A stretch of 64,000 nucleotides of DNA from Bacteroidota bacterium (GTDB lineage Bacteria > Bacteroidota > Bacteroidia > UBA8524). The stretch spans positions 53,117 to 117,116 of the forward strand of contig WBUH01000011.1 of assembly GCA_008933805.1 (NCBI GenBank). The letters run 5' to 3'. How positions within the stretch are numbered: position 1 is the first letter of the stretch; each line of letters opens with the position of its first letter. This document shows, piece after piece, positions 1 through 9,107 of the stretch. The notes beneath the pieces were generated by a model. It was not told the DNA's origin and ran no database searches. It was given only the letters and a program-made list of their open reading frames with translations. Made by a program: the position numbers and the translations under genes.

Positions 1-1
1 A

Positions 2-472
2 AAAGAACTGCTTTTAGTAAATAACAGCAGCGGGGGGATATTATTTGAATGGCAAACTGGTGACGGCACAACATTTTATCACCGAAGGCAAAAAGACACC
101 ACATATACCTATGCGGATAGCGGCTACTATACGCTGTTTTTAAAAGTTACTGATGAAAACGGCTGCACCGATACGGCCACACGCGTTATAAGGGTTTTTG
201 ATGCAATGTTTTGCGTAATTCCTAATGCGTTTACACCCAACGGTGACGGAAACAACGATGTATTTGCTCCTGTTTGCAACGGATTGAGCAACTATACCTT
301 AACTATTTATAGTCGTTGGGGGCAAGTATTGCAAGAGTGTATTAATTGCCACTGGGATGCAAATTATGCCGACGCACCTGTTCCTGATGGACTTTACCTG
401 TATAAAATTCAAGTAAATGCTGAAAGCGGTCTTAAAGAGATTATTTACGGGCAAGTAAATGTGCTTAGGTAA
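2..472 (+). CDS. T9SS type B sorting domain (gliding-motility CHU_C-like) protein, 5'-truncated by window start; PKD-like region upstream of the C-terminal domain
   Basis: The reading frame is open from the window edge to TAA at 470-472. The C-terminal motif 'CVIPNAFTPNGDGNNDVFAP...YSRWGQ' is the characteristic type-B (TIGR04131-like) sorting domain. The preceding 'YTYADSGYYTLFLKVTDENGCTD' looks like a PKD strand. Confidence 0.75.
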   Translation, partial: KELLLVNNSSGGILFEWQTGDGTTFYHRRQKDTTYTYADSGYYTLFLKVTDENGCTDTATRVIRVFDAMFCVIPNAFTPNGDGNNDVFAPVCNGLSNYTLTIYSRWGQVLQECINCHWDANYADAPVPDGLYLYKIQVNAESGLKEIIYGQVNVLR

Positions 473-479
473 ACTAAAG

Positions 480-530
480 ACTTTATAAACAAAAAATCCG
501 AGGCAACCAGCCCCGGATTTTTTGTTAGGA
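480..530. terminator. AT-flanked hairpin between convergent genes (aaaaaatccg...cggatttttt); possible bidirectional terminator
   Basis: An inverted repeat aaaaaatccg / cggatttttt surrounds a ~13-nt loop and is flanked by A/T runs. It lies between the 3' ends of the + gene ending at 472 and the - gene ending at 550. Confidence 0.4.
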
Positions 531-549
531 TAAACTCGTCACCCAATCG

Positions 550-2361
550 TTATTCAACCATTAATAAAATGGTTTTGCCTTCACCGTTTTTGGTCACACG
601 CACACTGTAAGTGCCTGCGCTCATATTGGTTGTACTCATATCAACAGGCAATTTGTTTTTGCCTTTTACTACTTCGGCTTTGCCGCTGTAGTATTGCCTG
701 CCCAGCATATCATAAATAGCTACGTCCACAGTTCCTGCATCGGTACTTTCATACTCAACACTCACTGCTTTTGTACCTGTTTGTGCAGGGTTTGGCATTA
801 CCAGCATCGCCTCGTTTTCTTTGTTAGTATTCACAGGGGCTACACGGGCATTATTTCCACCGCCAATTATAGGAGCAAAACACAAGGTCATATCCTGTAT
901 CGGAATGCTAAACGCCCCGATATTACCGGCAGGGTTAATATTAACAAACGGAACAGCGGGCATTTGCGGCATTGGTGGAATTCCGGGCAATAGTACGGGG
1001 GTAGAAAGTATCTCGTTACATCCGCCTGCAGTTGATACGCCATTGTAGTATGCTTTGATATTCATCATATCACTGTTACCGCCAATGTTTGGTAAGCTAC
1101 CCCAAGTTGAGAATATGCTTAAGCCGTCAAAATTAGGTATAGGAGGGCCGCAAAGAACCAGATTACGCTGGTCTAATTTGGCACCAAAATCGTTGCCATT
1201 ACCACCGTAGTTAAACTCATCACCTACGAAAGACGCACCAAATAAGTCCATCTTCACCACCATAATATCAAAGCCGCCAAACACACCATTTTGCACATTA
1301 CCCATTGCATAAAACTCGCATTGGCAAGCTGAGTTTATACGTTGGATTGCATCGTAGCAGCGGTTATCATTACCTGCTGCTAAGCTGTAATCGTATGTAT
1401 TCATAATAAAGGGGGCAATCAACGGATCCATGCGTACTACTAAAAAGTCTTGGTTACCGTTCACATCTGTATGTCCGCCCAATACAAAACCGGGAGGATA
1501 ATTAGGGCATTGTGGGGCTGATTCGATACTCCAAAGTGCATCTACCGTATTAGGAAAACCGTAAATAATAACGGGGTGTGGGGCAGGCATACCGGTTAAA
1601 CCGTCAATGTGTAATAAAAAGCCGTCTTGATTACCGTTGTTTACTACCTCGCCCACAATGGCAGCAGCTACAGGCGAAAACAAAGGCACTTGGTTTTCAG
1701 CAATATCACGTGCAGTTGTTTGTGTAACAGGGGCTAAAATGTCATAAATCATACCCCAAGCCATTGCTCCGGTACATTCGTTAATACGTAATGCAAAAGC
1801 ACGGCGTGTTGCAGCACCATCAATTACAGTACCGGTTAGGTACCACTCTCCGGGTAAAAACTGCGATTGCGCAACACCACCCATCGAAACAATATCGAAG
1901 CCTGGGGGAGGTGTGTAGGTAAATACAGGTCCGGGGGCGCCGCCTGCATTCACAATCATGTAATACACCGCAGTGTTGTTACCTGCTGGCAATGCGGGGT
2001 CTAAATAAAAGCCCGACATACCCAAAGTAGGGCCGCAAGTTGTTAACGCCATAGCATTAGAACCACCTTGTGGGCTTACAAGATTTCCGGCGGGTGAGGT
2101 GAAAAGGTAGTTGTTTTCGAAAAAGAAGCCACCGCCAACGTTTCCGTTCATATCGTTGTAGGTAGCAGTAGCAGCATTTACAGGCAGACAGGTGAAAGTG
2201 ATACCTGTTTGAAAATGACCAACCGGAAGCGGGTTAATGGGTGTAATGTTTACACCTGAGGTTGAGTAATCATCATTGGCACTTCCGTAAAGATGGTGGA
2301 AGTACTGAGCTTTGGCAGTTAACCCTGTTAACACCAATGCAATTAGTAATAGTTTTTTCAT
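550..2361 (-). CDS. secreted T9SS type A C-terminal sorting domain protein, paralog 1 of a tandem family
   Basis: ATG at 2359-2361 gives 'MKKLLLIALVLTGLTAKAQYFHHLYG', a signal peptide. The C-terminus 'NPAQTGTKAVSVEYESTDAGTVDVAIYDMLGRQYYSGKAEVVKGKNKLPVDMSTTNMSAGTYSVRVTKNGEGKTILLMVE' is a canonical Por_Secre_tail. The upstream part of the longer ORF (to 2505) carries no signal peptide. Confidence 0.75.
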   Translation of the reverse strand: MKKLLLIALVLTGLTAKAQYFHHLYGSANDDYSTSGVNITPINPLPVGHFQTGITFTCLPVNAATATYNDMNGNVGGGFFFENNYLFTSPAGNLVSPQGGSNAMALTTCGPTLGMSGFYLDPALPAGNNTAVYYMIVNAGGAPGPVFTYTPPPGFDIVSMGGVAQSQFLPGEWYLTGTVIDGAATRRAFALRINECTGAMAWGMIYDILAPVTQTTARDIAENQVPLFSPVAAAIVGEVVNNGNQDGFLLHIDGLTGMPAPHPVIIYGFPNTVDALWSIESAPQCPNYPPGFVLGGHTDVNGNQDFLVVRMDPLIAPFIMNTYDYSLAAGNDNRCYDAIQRINSACQCEFYAMGNVQNGVFGGFDIMVVKMDLFGASFVGDEFNYGGNGNDFGAKLDQRNLVLCGPPIPNFDGLSIFSTWGSLPNIGGNSDMMNIKAYYNGVSTAGGCNEILSTPVLLPGIPPMPQMPAVPFVNINPAGNIGAFSIPIQDMTLCFAPIIGGGNNARVAPVNTNKENEAMLVMPNPAQTGTKAVSVEYESTDAGTVDVAIYDMLGRQYYSGKAEVVKGKNKLPVDMSTTNMSAGTYSVRVTKNGEGKTILLMVE

Positions 2362-2504
2362 GTTTTGCGATTGATAATTGAATGATAGTAAAGAACTTAA
2401 ATGCAAGTTAATGTAATTAATATGACAAAAAAAAGATTTTTTTTGATTGTAACACATTGCCTGTGAGGACATAGGAAGCCAAAAGCACTGCATTAATAAC
2501 AACA

Positions 2505-2545
2505 AAGGCGGGGCATGACTATAAAAGTCATGCCCCGCCTTTTTG
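2505..2545. terminator. rho-independent terminator hairpin (ggcggggcatgact-ataaa-agtcatgccccgcc)
   Basis: A perfect 14-bp stem at 2507-2520 / 2526-2539 with a 5-nt loop, followed by a T-run. It sits immediately downstream of the 3' end of the - strand gene ending at 2562. Confidence 0.7.
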
Positions 2546-2561
2546 ATAAACTTTTCAGGGA

Positions 2562-4349
2562 TTATTCAACCAATAGTAACACCGATTTATTTACACCGTT
2601 CATAGTTATACGAACTGTGTAAGTACCGGTACTCATGTTTGATTTGCTGATATCAATAGGCAAGGTATTGCTTCCTTTTGCAAGGTCAACGCTGCCTGCA
2701 TAATACTGCCTGCCAAGCATATCATAAATGGCTACTTGTGCAGTGGTTGCACTCTCAACCTCTACCGAAACAGCAATGGCTTGCGTACCGGTTTGCATTG
2801 GGTTTGGAGCTACAACAGCTTGCTTATCGCCTTTAGGTTCAGCAGGAGCTACACGGGCATTGCTTCCGCTTGCCAGTGTATTTGCATAGCAAATATTAGC
2901 ATCGTAAGCATTGGTATTTCTCCATTTCATTTTAGCATCAGGCACCAGTTTGTCAACAAAGTTTACACCGGTAGTAGCATAAATTTTTGGCCCGCTGATA
3001 ATGGGCACATCAACGATTATTTGATTGCAAGGAGTTTCGCCGTTAAAGTAGGCTTTCACCAAATACATATCATAGTTACCGTTAATTACAGGGCCTGAAG
3101 CACCTTCCCTAAAGCCAAATACGCTAATACCATCGGCACCTGTACCGTTGTATTGATCGATAGCAATACCATAATCAATACGGCCATCGCCATAGGTAAA
3201 CTGACCGAAACCGCTGGTAGAACCACCGTCTTCAATTTTATCTACCAATATGTCATAGTCGCCCAAAAGGCCCCTGTACACATATCCGGCAGCATAATAT
3301 TCAAAATTACCCGATGTGTTTTTGCGTTCGATAATATCGTTACACACGTTTTGTGTACCGGGATTACCGTTATAATCGTGCAGGGTAGCCCACAAGGTAT
3401 TACCCACGTGGTCGGTTTTGTTCAACCAAACATCTTCGCTACCTGCCCTATCGCTGTAACCGCCTATAATGTAACCATCGCTACCGCCCTTAGTACTTTG
3501 GGCAATATCAATAGCATTAAACGATTCTGATGAGGCAGTAGTACCGTACAAGTTAACAGCAGCCATTGGGTTACCGTTAGCAGCATCCAACCTCAGCATA
3601 TAACCGTCAGGCAATGCTCCCGAAACGTTTTCGCGGGTTTCGCCCACAACAACTATTTCTTTGTTTCCGGTAGGTGAATAAGGGCTGGTGATAACGTCTT
3701 TACCAAATGCAATACCGGCACCTGAACTGTAAACGATATCATAAATACCGCTCCATACAAGTCCGCCGGAGTTTACATCAATCATCATGGCAAAGGGGTC
3801 TAAAGTACCGCTGGTAGTAGTTACAGTTCCTGTAACATACACTTCGTTACCGCCTGTGAAGATAGATTCGTAAATACCTCCTACAGAAATAACATCCTGT
3901 CCTGTACCGCCACCTGCGGGTATATAGGTATAAATTACGCTTACGTTTCCGGCTTGGTCCATCATTAAGTAAAACACCCCTGTAGTTGCAGGAAATACTG
4001 AATAATCAGCAAATTGGCCAATGATACCAAAACCATTACCGTTGTTCATTTCAAAGGCTTTTGATTCGCCCACATGAACTACGTTTCCGGTTACTGAGCT
4101 GATTAGAAAATACCAGCCGTTAAAATAGGGTGCTCCGGTAATATTACCGGTACCGTCGGTGCGTGAAACCGATAGCCCTTGCTGGCTATGATGGCCCACT
4201 AAGAAATGTCCCATGCTCGAAATAGCTGGGTCAGTGTTGATACCTGATGAAAGTTTTTGTCCGTCCGTAGTTCCATAGATGTGATGGAAATACTGTGCAT
4301 TTGCTGTTAACCCGGTTAACACCATTGCAATTAAGAATAGCTTTTTCAT
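2562..4349 (-). CDS. secreted T9SS type A C-terminal sorting domain protein, paralog 2
   Basis: ATG at 4347-4349 gives 'MKKLFLIAMVLTGLTANAQYFHHIYGTTDGQKLSSGINT'. The C-terminus 'VAPNPMQTGTQAIAVSVEVESATTAQVAIYDMLGRQYYAGSVDLAKGSNTLPIDISKSNMSTGTYTVRITMNGVNKSVLLLVE' is a Por_Secre_tail. Long blocks are identical to paralog 3. Confidence 0.8.
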   Translation of the reverse strand: MKKLFLIAMVLTGLTANAQYFHHIYGTTDGQKLSSGINTDPAISSMGHFLVGHHSQQGLSVSRTDGTGNITGAPYFNGWYFLISSVTGNVVHVGESKAFEMNNGNGFGIIGQFADYSVFPATTGVFYLMMDQAGNVSVIYTYIPAGGGTGQDVISVGGIYESIFTGGNEVYVTGTVTTTSGTLDPFAMMIDVNSGGLVWSGIYDIVYSSGAGIAFGKDVITSPYSPTGNKEIVVVGETRENVSGALPDGYMLRLDAANGNPMAAVNLYGTTASSESFNAIDIAQSTKGGSDGYIIGGYSDRAGSEDVWLNKTDHVGNTLWATLHDYNGNPGTQNVCNDIIERKNTSGNFEYYAAGYVYRGLLGDYDILVDKIEDGGSTSGFGQFTYGDGRIDYGIAIDQYNGTGADGISVFGFREGASGPVINGNYDMYLVKAYFNGETPCNQIIVDVPIISGPKIYATTGVNFVDKLVPDAKMKWRNTNAYDANICYANTLASGSNARVAPAEPKGDKQAVVAPNPMQTGTQAIAVSVEVESATTAQVAIYDMLGRQYYAGSVDLAKGSNTLPIDISKSNMSTGTYTVRITMNGVNKSVLLLVE

Positions 4350-4481
4350 GCTTTTGATAGATAGTTTAAATTGTTCTAAAAGAACTTTTTGCAAGTTATA
4401 GCAAATTAAATCATAAAAAAAACAACTTTCAACAAACGCAGTAACCACAAGGGTTTAAGCCATGTCAACTTAAAAAACAAA

Positions 4482-4512
4482 AAGGGTGGCTGCGTTGCAC
4501 ACAGCCACCCTT
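4482..4512. terminator. rho-independent terminator (gggtggctg-cgttgcaca-cagccaccc) with a T-run on the minus-strand transcript
   Basis: A 9-bp GC-rich stem. The - strand transcript continues into 'tttttgtttttt' (the complement of 4471-4483). It lies downstream of the gene ending at 4538. Confidence 0.7.
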
Positions 4513-4537
4513 GTATAATTATGCGTTATAGTGCTAA

Positions 4538-6328
4538 TTATTCAACTAGCAGTAACACCGATTTGTTTTCACCGTTCATGGTTATACGAAGTGTATAGGT
4601 ACCTGCACTCATGTTTGATTTGCTGATATCAATAGGCAAGGTATTGCTTCCTTTTGTCAGGGTAACGCTACCTGTATAGTATTGTCTGCCCAGCATATCA
4701 TAAATAGCTAGTTGCGCAGTGGTTGCACTTTCAACCTCTACCGAAACAGCAATGGTTTGCGCACCGGTTTGCATTGGGTTGGGTGCTACAACAGCTTGTT
4801 TATCGCCTTTAGGTTCAGCAGGAGCAACACGGGCATTGCTGCCTGCACCAAGGCTGGTAGCAAAACAAATATTCAGGTCGTTTGCTGTGGTTTGTCCCCA
4901 ATTAAAAAGGGTTAATGGCACCAAGCGGTCAACCAAATTTGCCGACACAGATGTCATTAGTCCGGGGCCTGATGCATTAATAGCATCCACTATTTTTTGA
5001 TTGCAAGGAGTTTCACCGTTAAAGTAGGCTTTCACCAAATACATATCATAGTTACCGTTAATAACAGGAGAGCTGTATGCTTCACGGAAACCAAACACGC
5101 TGATACCGTCTGCACCGGTTCCATTGTATTGGTCGATGGCAATACCGTAATCGGTAAACTTATCACCGTAGGTAAACTGCCCCATTCCGGTGCTTACCCC
5201 CATATCGTTGGTTTTCACAACCACCATGTCATACGTTCCTCCCATCAAACCATTACGCACATAACCTGCGGCATAGTACTCATATTTACCGCCGGTATTC
5301 AAACGTTCAATCACATCGTTACAAACATTCTCAGTACCACCGTTGCCGTTATAATCATGCAAGCTGGCCCAAAGCGAGCCCAAGGTTTGGTCGGTTTTCA
5401 CCAGCCAAAAATCTTCGCTGCCGTTAACGTCGCTGGCTCCGCCTAAAATAAAGCCATCGCTACCTCCTGCGGTAGCATTTGCTATGCTTATAGAGTTAAT
5501 CTCATCCGTTGATGATGTTGTACCGTAAATATCGGCAGCACCTGTAACGGGAATTCCTGTGCTTGCATCAACACGCAAACTGAACGCATCAGGCAATGAA
5601 CCGCCTGTGGGGTCGTATAATTGCCCTACAAGTACTGCCTCGTCAACACCGTTTGGTGTATATGGACTTTCAATAATATCCCTGGAATATGCATAAGCCG
5701 AGCCTGCACCTGAAGCCAGTTGTATATCATATATCCACGACCACCTGATACCGCCCGAAGTCATATCAAGTTTCATTGCATAGGCAAATACATTACTGCC
5801 TCCGTAAGCAGAACCTGTAATGTATATATCTTTTCCGCTGCTTAGCACTGATTCTGCAACACCGCCAACATTAAAAATATCAATAACAGTTGTTACACCC
5901 GATGGCACATAAGTAAAGATGTTTGATACACCGCCTGCAGGGGTTAGTTGCATATAGAAAATACCTGTGTTAGGTGCGCCAAGACTTAAATCTTGGAACT
6001 TTCCAACAATACCAAAACCTCCGCCATTGTCCATTTCAAACGCCTCTGATTCCTCAACAAAAACCTGTGAGCCTGTAATTGGACTAAAAAGGGTGTACCA
6101 TCCGTCAAAATAAGGTGCTCCAGTCACGTTTCCTGTAACATCAGTACGAGAAACTGCCAGCCCGTTTTGGCCGTTATGGCCTACCAAAAAATGACCTAAG
6201 CCAAGTGCGTTGGTGTTAATACCCGATGATAGCTTTTCTCCATCCGTTGTCCCGTAAATGTGATGGAAATACTGCGCTTTTGCTGTTAACCCTGTTAACG
6301 CCAAAATAATTAATAGAATTTTTTTCAT
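4538..6328 (-). CDS. secreted T9SS type A C-terminal sorting domain protein, paralog 3
   Basis: It starts 'MKKILLIILALTGLTAKAQYFHHIYGTTDGEKLSSGINT'. The last ~250 residues are nearly identical to paralog 2 (for example 'YEYYAAGYV', 'YDMYLVKAYFNGETPCNQ', 'ARVAPAEPKGDKQAVVAPNPMQTG'). It ends in a canonical T9SS tail '...GTYTLRITMNGENKSVLLLVE'. Confidence 0.8.
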   Translation of the reverse strand: MKKILLIILALTGLTAKAQYFHHIYGTTDGEKLSSGINTNALGLGHFLVGHNGQNGLAVSRTDVTGNVTGAPYFDGWYTLFSPITGSQVFVEESEAFEMDNGGGFGIVGKFQDLSLGAPNTGIFYMQLTPAGGVSNIFTYVPSGVTTVIDIFNVGGVAESVLSSGKDIYITGSAYGGSNVFAYAMKLDMTSGGIRWSWIYDIQLASGAGSAYAYSRDIIESPYTPNGVDEAVLVGQLYDPTGGSLPDAFSLRVDASTGIPVTGAADIYGTTSSTDEINSISIANATAGGSDGFILGGASDVNGSEDFWLVKTDQTLGSLWASLHDYNGNGGTENVCNDVIERLNTGGKYEYYAAGYVRNGLMGGTYDMVVVKTNDMGVSTGMGQFTYGDKFTDYGIAIDQYNGTGADGISVFGFREAYSSPVINGNYDMYLVKAYFNGETPCNQKIVDAINASGPGLMTSVSANLVDRLVPLTLFNWGQTTANDLNICFATSLGAGSNARVAPAEPKGDKQAVVAPNPMQTGAQTIAVSVEVESATTAQLAIYDMLGRQYYTGSVTLTKGSNTLPIDISKSNMSAGTYTLRITMNGENKSVLLLVE

Positions 6329-6599
6329 GCTTTTTGTTTGAATTAGAAAATGATAGGTTGATTGATAGTTTAATCAACTGCAAATTATAGTTTAATGTGA
6401 TAAATGAATACCTGAGAGGAGAATTTTCGATGAAAATCTACCCAACGAAGTGCCACAGAAAACAATAAGACACTATCAATCAAAACATTACAATTCAATT
6501 ATTTTACTACAAAAAGTACGCACGATTATTAAAAGGCAAAAGCTTTTTAAGCTCCTGTTGAGCGTAACTGAATAACATTTGATGCCATGTTTTTAAAAA

Positions 6600-6612
6600 C
6601 CCGTACTTTTGC
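6600..6612 (+). promoter_or_regulatory. candidate Bacteroidota sigma-A -7 element (TActTTTG) about 20 bp upstream of gpsA
   Basis: 'tacttttg' matches the TAnnTTTG -7 consensus of Bacteroidetes promoters. Its spacing to the ATG at 6629 is appropriate. Confidence 0.35.
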
Positions 6613-6628
6613 GGTTTAGCCTCTTAGA

Positions 6629-7627
6629 ATGAAAGTAGCTGTTGTAGGTGGTGGTAGTTGGGCCACCGCGATTATAAAAATCCTCTCGGACAAATACCAT
6701 GATAACGGGGTGAAGCTGATTTGGTGGCTTCGCAACCCTGAGAATATTGAGTACATAAAGAAACACCGACACAATCCCAATTACATTAACTCTGTTACCG
6801 TACCCACCGAAAAAATTGAATTAAGCAGTGATTTTGAATGGGTGATAAACGAAGCCGATATTATCATCACAGCTATTCCTTCGGCATTTGTGTACGATGC
6901 TTTTAAAGACCTGCCCAAAACCGCTCTGAAAGGTAAGATTATGGTTTCGGCAGTTAAGGGTGTAGTACCGCAAACCCACCAAGTACTAAACGATTATTTC
7001 CGCCAGCAATTCGATATTCCTGAAAAGAAAATTGTGGTAATAGCAGGCCCTTGCCATGCTGAAGAAGTAGCTCTTGAAAAACTCAGCTACCTAACCATTG
7101 CCGGCGCATCAAAAAAGAACGCTCAACTGCTGGCCGATATGCTTTCGGTACGTTATATAAAAACCACTGTAAGCAAGGATATTGTCGGGGTTGAATACGC
7201 ATCGATACTTAAAAACATCTACGCCATTGCCGCAGGCATTTGCCACGGCTTAGGCTACGGTGATAATTTTCAGGCAGTATTAATTACCAATGCCATGGAA
7301 GAAATGAAGAATTTTCTTGACCACGTGGGTAATCGCGACCGCCATATTGAGCAAAGCCCCTACTTGGGCGATTTGCTGGTAACTGCTTATAGCCAGTTTA
7401 GCCGCAACCGCACTTTTGGTAATATGATTGGCAAAGGCTACAGCGTGAAAACTGCACAGCTTGAAATGAGCATGGTGGCCGAAGGATACTATGCTACCCT
7501 TAGTATGTATGAAATTTGCAAAGAGCTGGATTATAAAATGCCTTTGCTAAACACCATTTACCGCATTTTGTACGAGAAAAAGGCCGCCGGCCCCGAAATG
7601 CGCAAACTGGCCGAAAGCTTTATTTAA
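6629..7627 (+). CDS. gpsA: NAD(P)H-dependent glycerol-3-phosphate dehydrogenase
   Basis: The N-terminal Rossmann motif 'MKVAVVGGGSWATAIIKIL', a length of 332 aa, and conserved GpsA blocks ('ITAIPS', 'GPCHAEEVA', 'NAMEEM') support the call. Confidence 0.9.
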   Translation: MKVAVVGGGSWATAIIKILSDKYHDNGVKLIWWLRNPENIEYIKKHRHNPNYINSVTVPTEKIELSSDFEWVINEADIIITAIPSAFVYDAFKDLPKTALKGKIMVSAVKGVVPQTHQVLNDYFRQQFDIPEKKIVVIAGPCHAEEVALEKLSYLTIAGASKKNAQLLADMLSVRYIKTTVSKDIVGVEYASILKNIYAIAAGICHGLGYGDNFQAVLITNAMEEMKNFLDHVGNRDRHIEQSPYLGDLLVTAYSQFSRNRTFGNMIGKGYSVKTAQLEMSMVAEGYYATLSMYEICKELDYKMPLLNTIYRILYEKKAAGPEMRKLAESFI

Positions 7628-7736
7628 CATCCTGTATGCCGCAGGTTGAAACCTGCCGCTGTTGAATAACCTTTCCGGCAAAAACATTAAGCTTCACCCT
7701 GCAAACATGCCTTCAAAGGATTAATTTTGCGGCACT

Positions 7737-8684
7737 ATGCAAAACCGCATCACACAACTTTTTGGCATTAAATATCCCATTATACAAGCCGGCATGATTT
7801 GGTGCAGCGGCTGGCGATTGGCAAGTGCAGTATCAAACGCTGGCGGACTTGGTTTAATCGGCGCAGGCTCTATGTACCCCGATGTGTTGCGCGAGCACAT
7901 ACAAAAATGCAAAGCAGCTACGGATAAGCCTTTTGGGGTGAATGTTCCCCTACTATACCCCGACATTGAGAAATTGATGGAGATTATTGTGGAAGAAGGC
8001 GTAAAAGTTGTGTTTACCAGTGCGGGCAACCCCAAAACATGGACGGAACATCTAAAAAGCAAAGGCATAACCGTAGTACACGTGGTGAGCAATACCAAGT
8101 TTGCCAAAAAATGCGAAGAAGCAGGTGTTGACGCGATTGTAGCCGAAGGCTTTGAAGCAGGCGGACACAACGGTCGCGAAGAAACCACCACCCTTTGTCT
8201 GATACCAATGGTACGCGAAGCGGTTACCATTCCGTTGATTGCAGCTGGCGGTATTGGCAGCGGTAAAACCATGTTAGCAGCTATGGCACTGGGAGCTGAA
8301 GCTGTGCAGGTAGGTAGCCGATTTGCCGCCAGCGAAGAATCATCAGCACATCAGAATTTTAAGCAGGCTATTGTAGCTGCCGGCGACGGCGATACCCAGC
8401 TTACTCTAAAGGAACTTACCCCGGTGCGTTTGATAAAGAATAAGTTTTTTAACGACATACAAGAGGCCTACGCCCGCAAAGCAAGCGCCGATGAACTGCG
8501 CGAACTGCTGGGACGTGCCCGTGCAAAACGCGGTATGTTTGAAGGCGATATGGAAGAAGGCGAATTGGAAATAGGCCAGATATCAGGCTATATACACGAA
8601 GTGAAACCCGCCGCCCAAATTGTAACCGAAATGGTAGACGAGTTTAACCTCACCGCTGAAAAAATTGGCGGTATGAGATTGTGA
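7737..8684 (+). CDS. nitronate monooxygenase family (NMO/FabK-like) FMN-dependent oxidoreductase
   Basis: 'FGIKYPIIQAGMIWCSGWRLASAVSNAGGLGLIGAG' is the typical NMO/2-nitropropane dioxygenase N-terminus. It continues as a TIM-barrel-like protein ending in a GIGSG phosphate-binding motif. Length is 315 aa. Confidence 0.8.
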   Translation: MQNRITQLFGIKYPIIQAGMIWCSGWRLASAVSNAGGLGLIGAGSMYPDVLREHIQKCKAATDKPFGVNVPLLYPDIEKLMEIIVEEGVKVVFTSAGNPKTWTEHLKSKGITVVHVVSNTKFAKKCEEAGVDAIVAEGFEAGGHNGREETTTLCLIPMVREAVTIPLIAAGGIGSGKTMLAAMALGAEAVQVGSRFAASEESSAHQNFKQAIVAAGDGDTQLTLKELTPVRLIKNKFFNDIQEAYARKASADELRELLGRARAKRGMFEGDMEEGELEIGQISGYIHEVKPAAQIVTEMVDEFNLTAEKIGGMRL

Positions 8685-9107
8685 TATCCTTAACTCCCGC
8701 CCCTAAAAGGGTACTTTACACACTACGGGCAAGTGCGGCGGACATCCTGAGCCTGCCGAAGGATAGAGCCTGCCGAAGGGCGCGATAGTTGCAACCAGCC
8801 CCTCGCCTTTAGGAGAGGGCGAAATTGAGCTATCAAGCCATCCTTATCCTTCGGGTGAGGTAAGCGAAGAACCCTATAAAAATGTATTAACAGAGCGTGA
8901 TAAGATGCTCCCTTCGTCAGCAAGACAGTAGTTTCTCCGTAATTGCGAGGTCTCCCGCAGCAATCCGCTTACACAATATCAAAAGGATTGCTTCAAAACC
9001 AAATACCTTAACTGTAGGTGATAGATTATTGTACTTTTGCATACTCGTCTTCCCGAATTAATTTCGGGGTAGCATATCCTGTAATGCGATGCTGAACCAA
9101 GTTCAGC
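8685..9107. repeat. 423-bp non-coding spacer carrying short direct repeats (gagcctgccgaagg x2) and hairpins; shares the 'attgcgagg...gcaatcc' motif with the 53-kb repeat cluster
   Basis: 'gagcctgccgaagg' occurs at 8748 and 8766. 'gtaattgcgaggtctcccgcagcaatccgc' resembles 'tcattgcgaggaggtacgacgaagcaatccg' at 53345. Hairpins 'cccgaaattaatttcggg' and 'gctgaaccaagttcagc' sit just upstream of the M16 peptidase start. Confidence 0.5.

Noticed and set aside
694-1048. ORFs 694..993 and 821..1048 on the + strand inside T9SS paralog 1
   Set aside because: They lie entirely antisense within a long, well-supported - strand gene, and their translations are unprotein-like. They are shadow ORFs.
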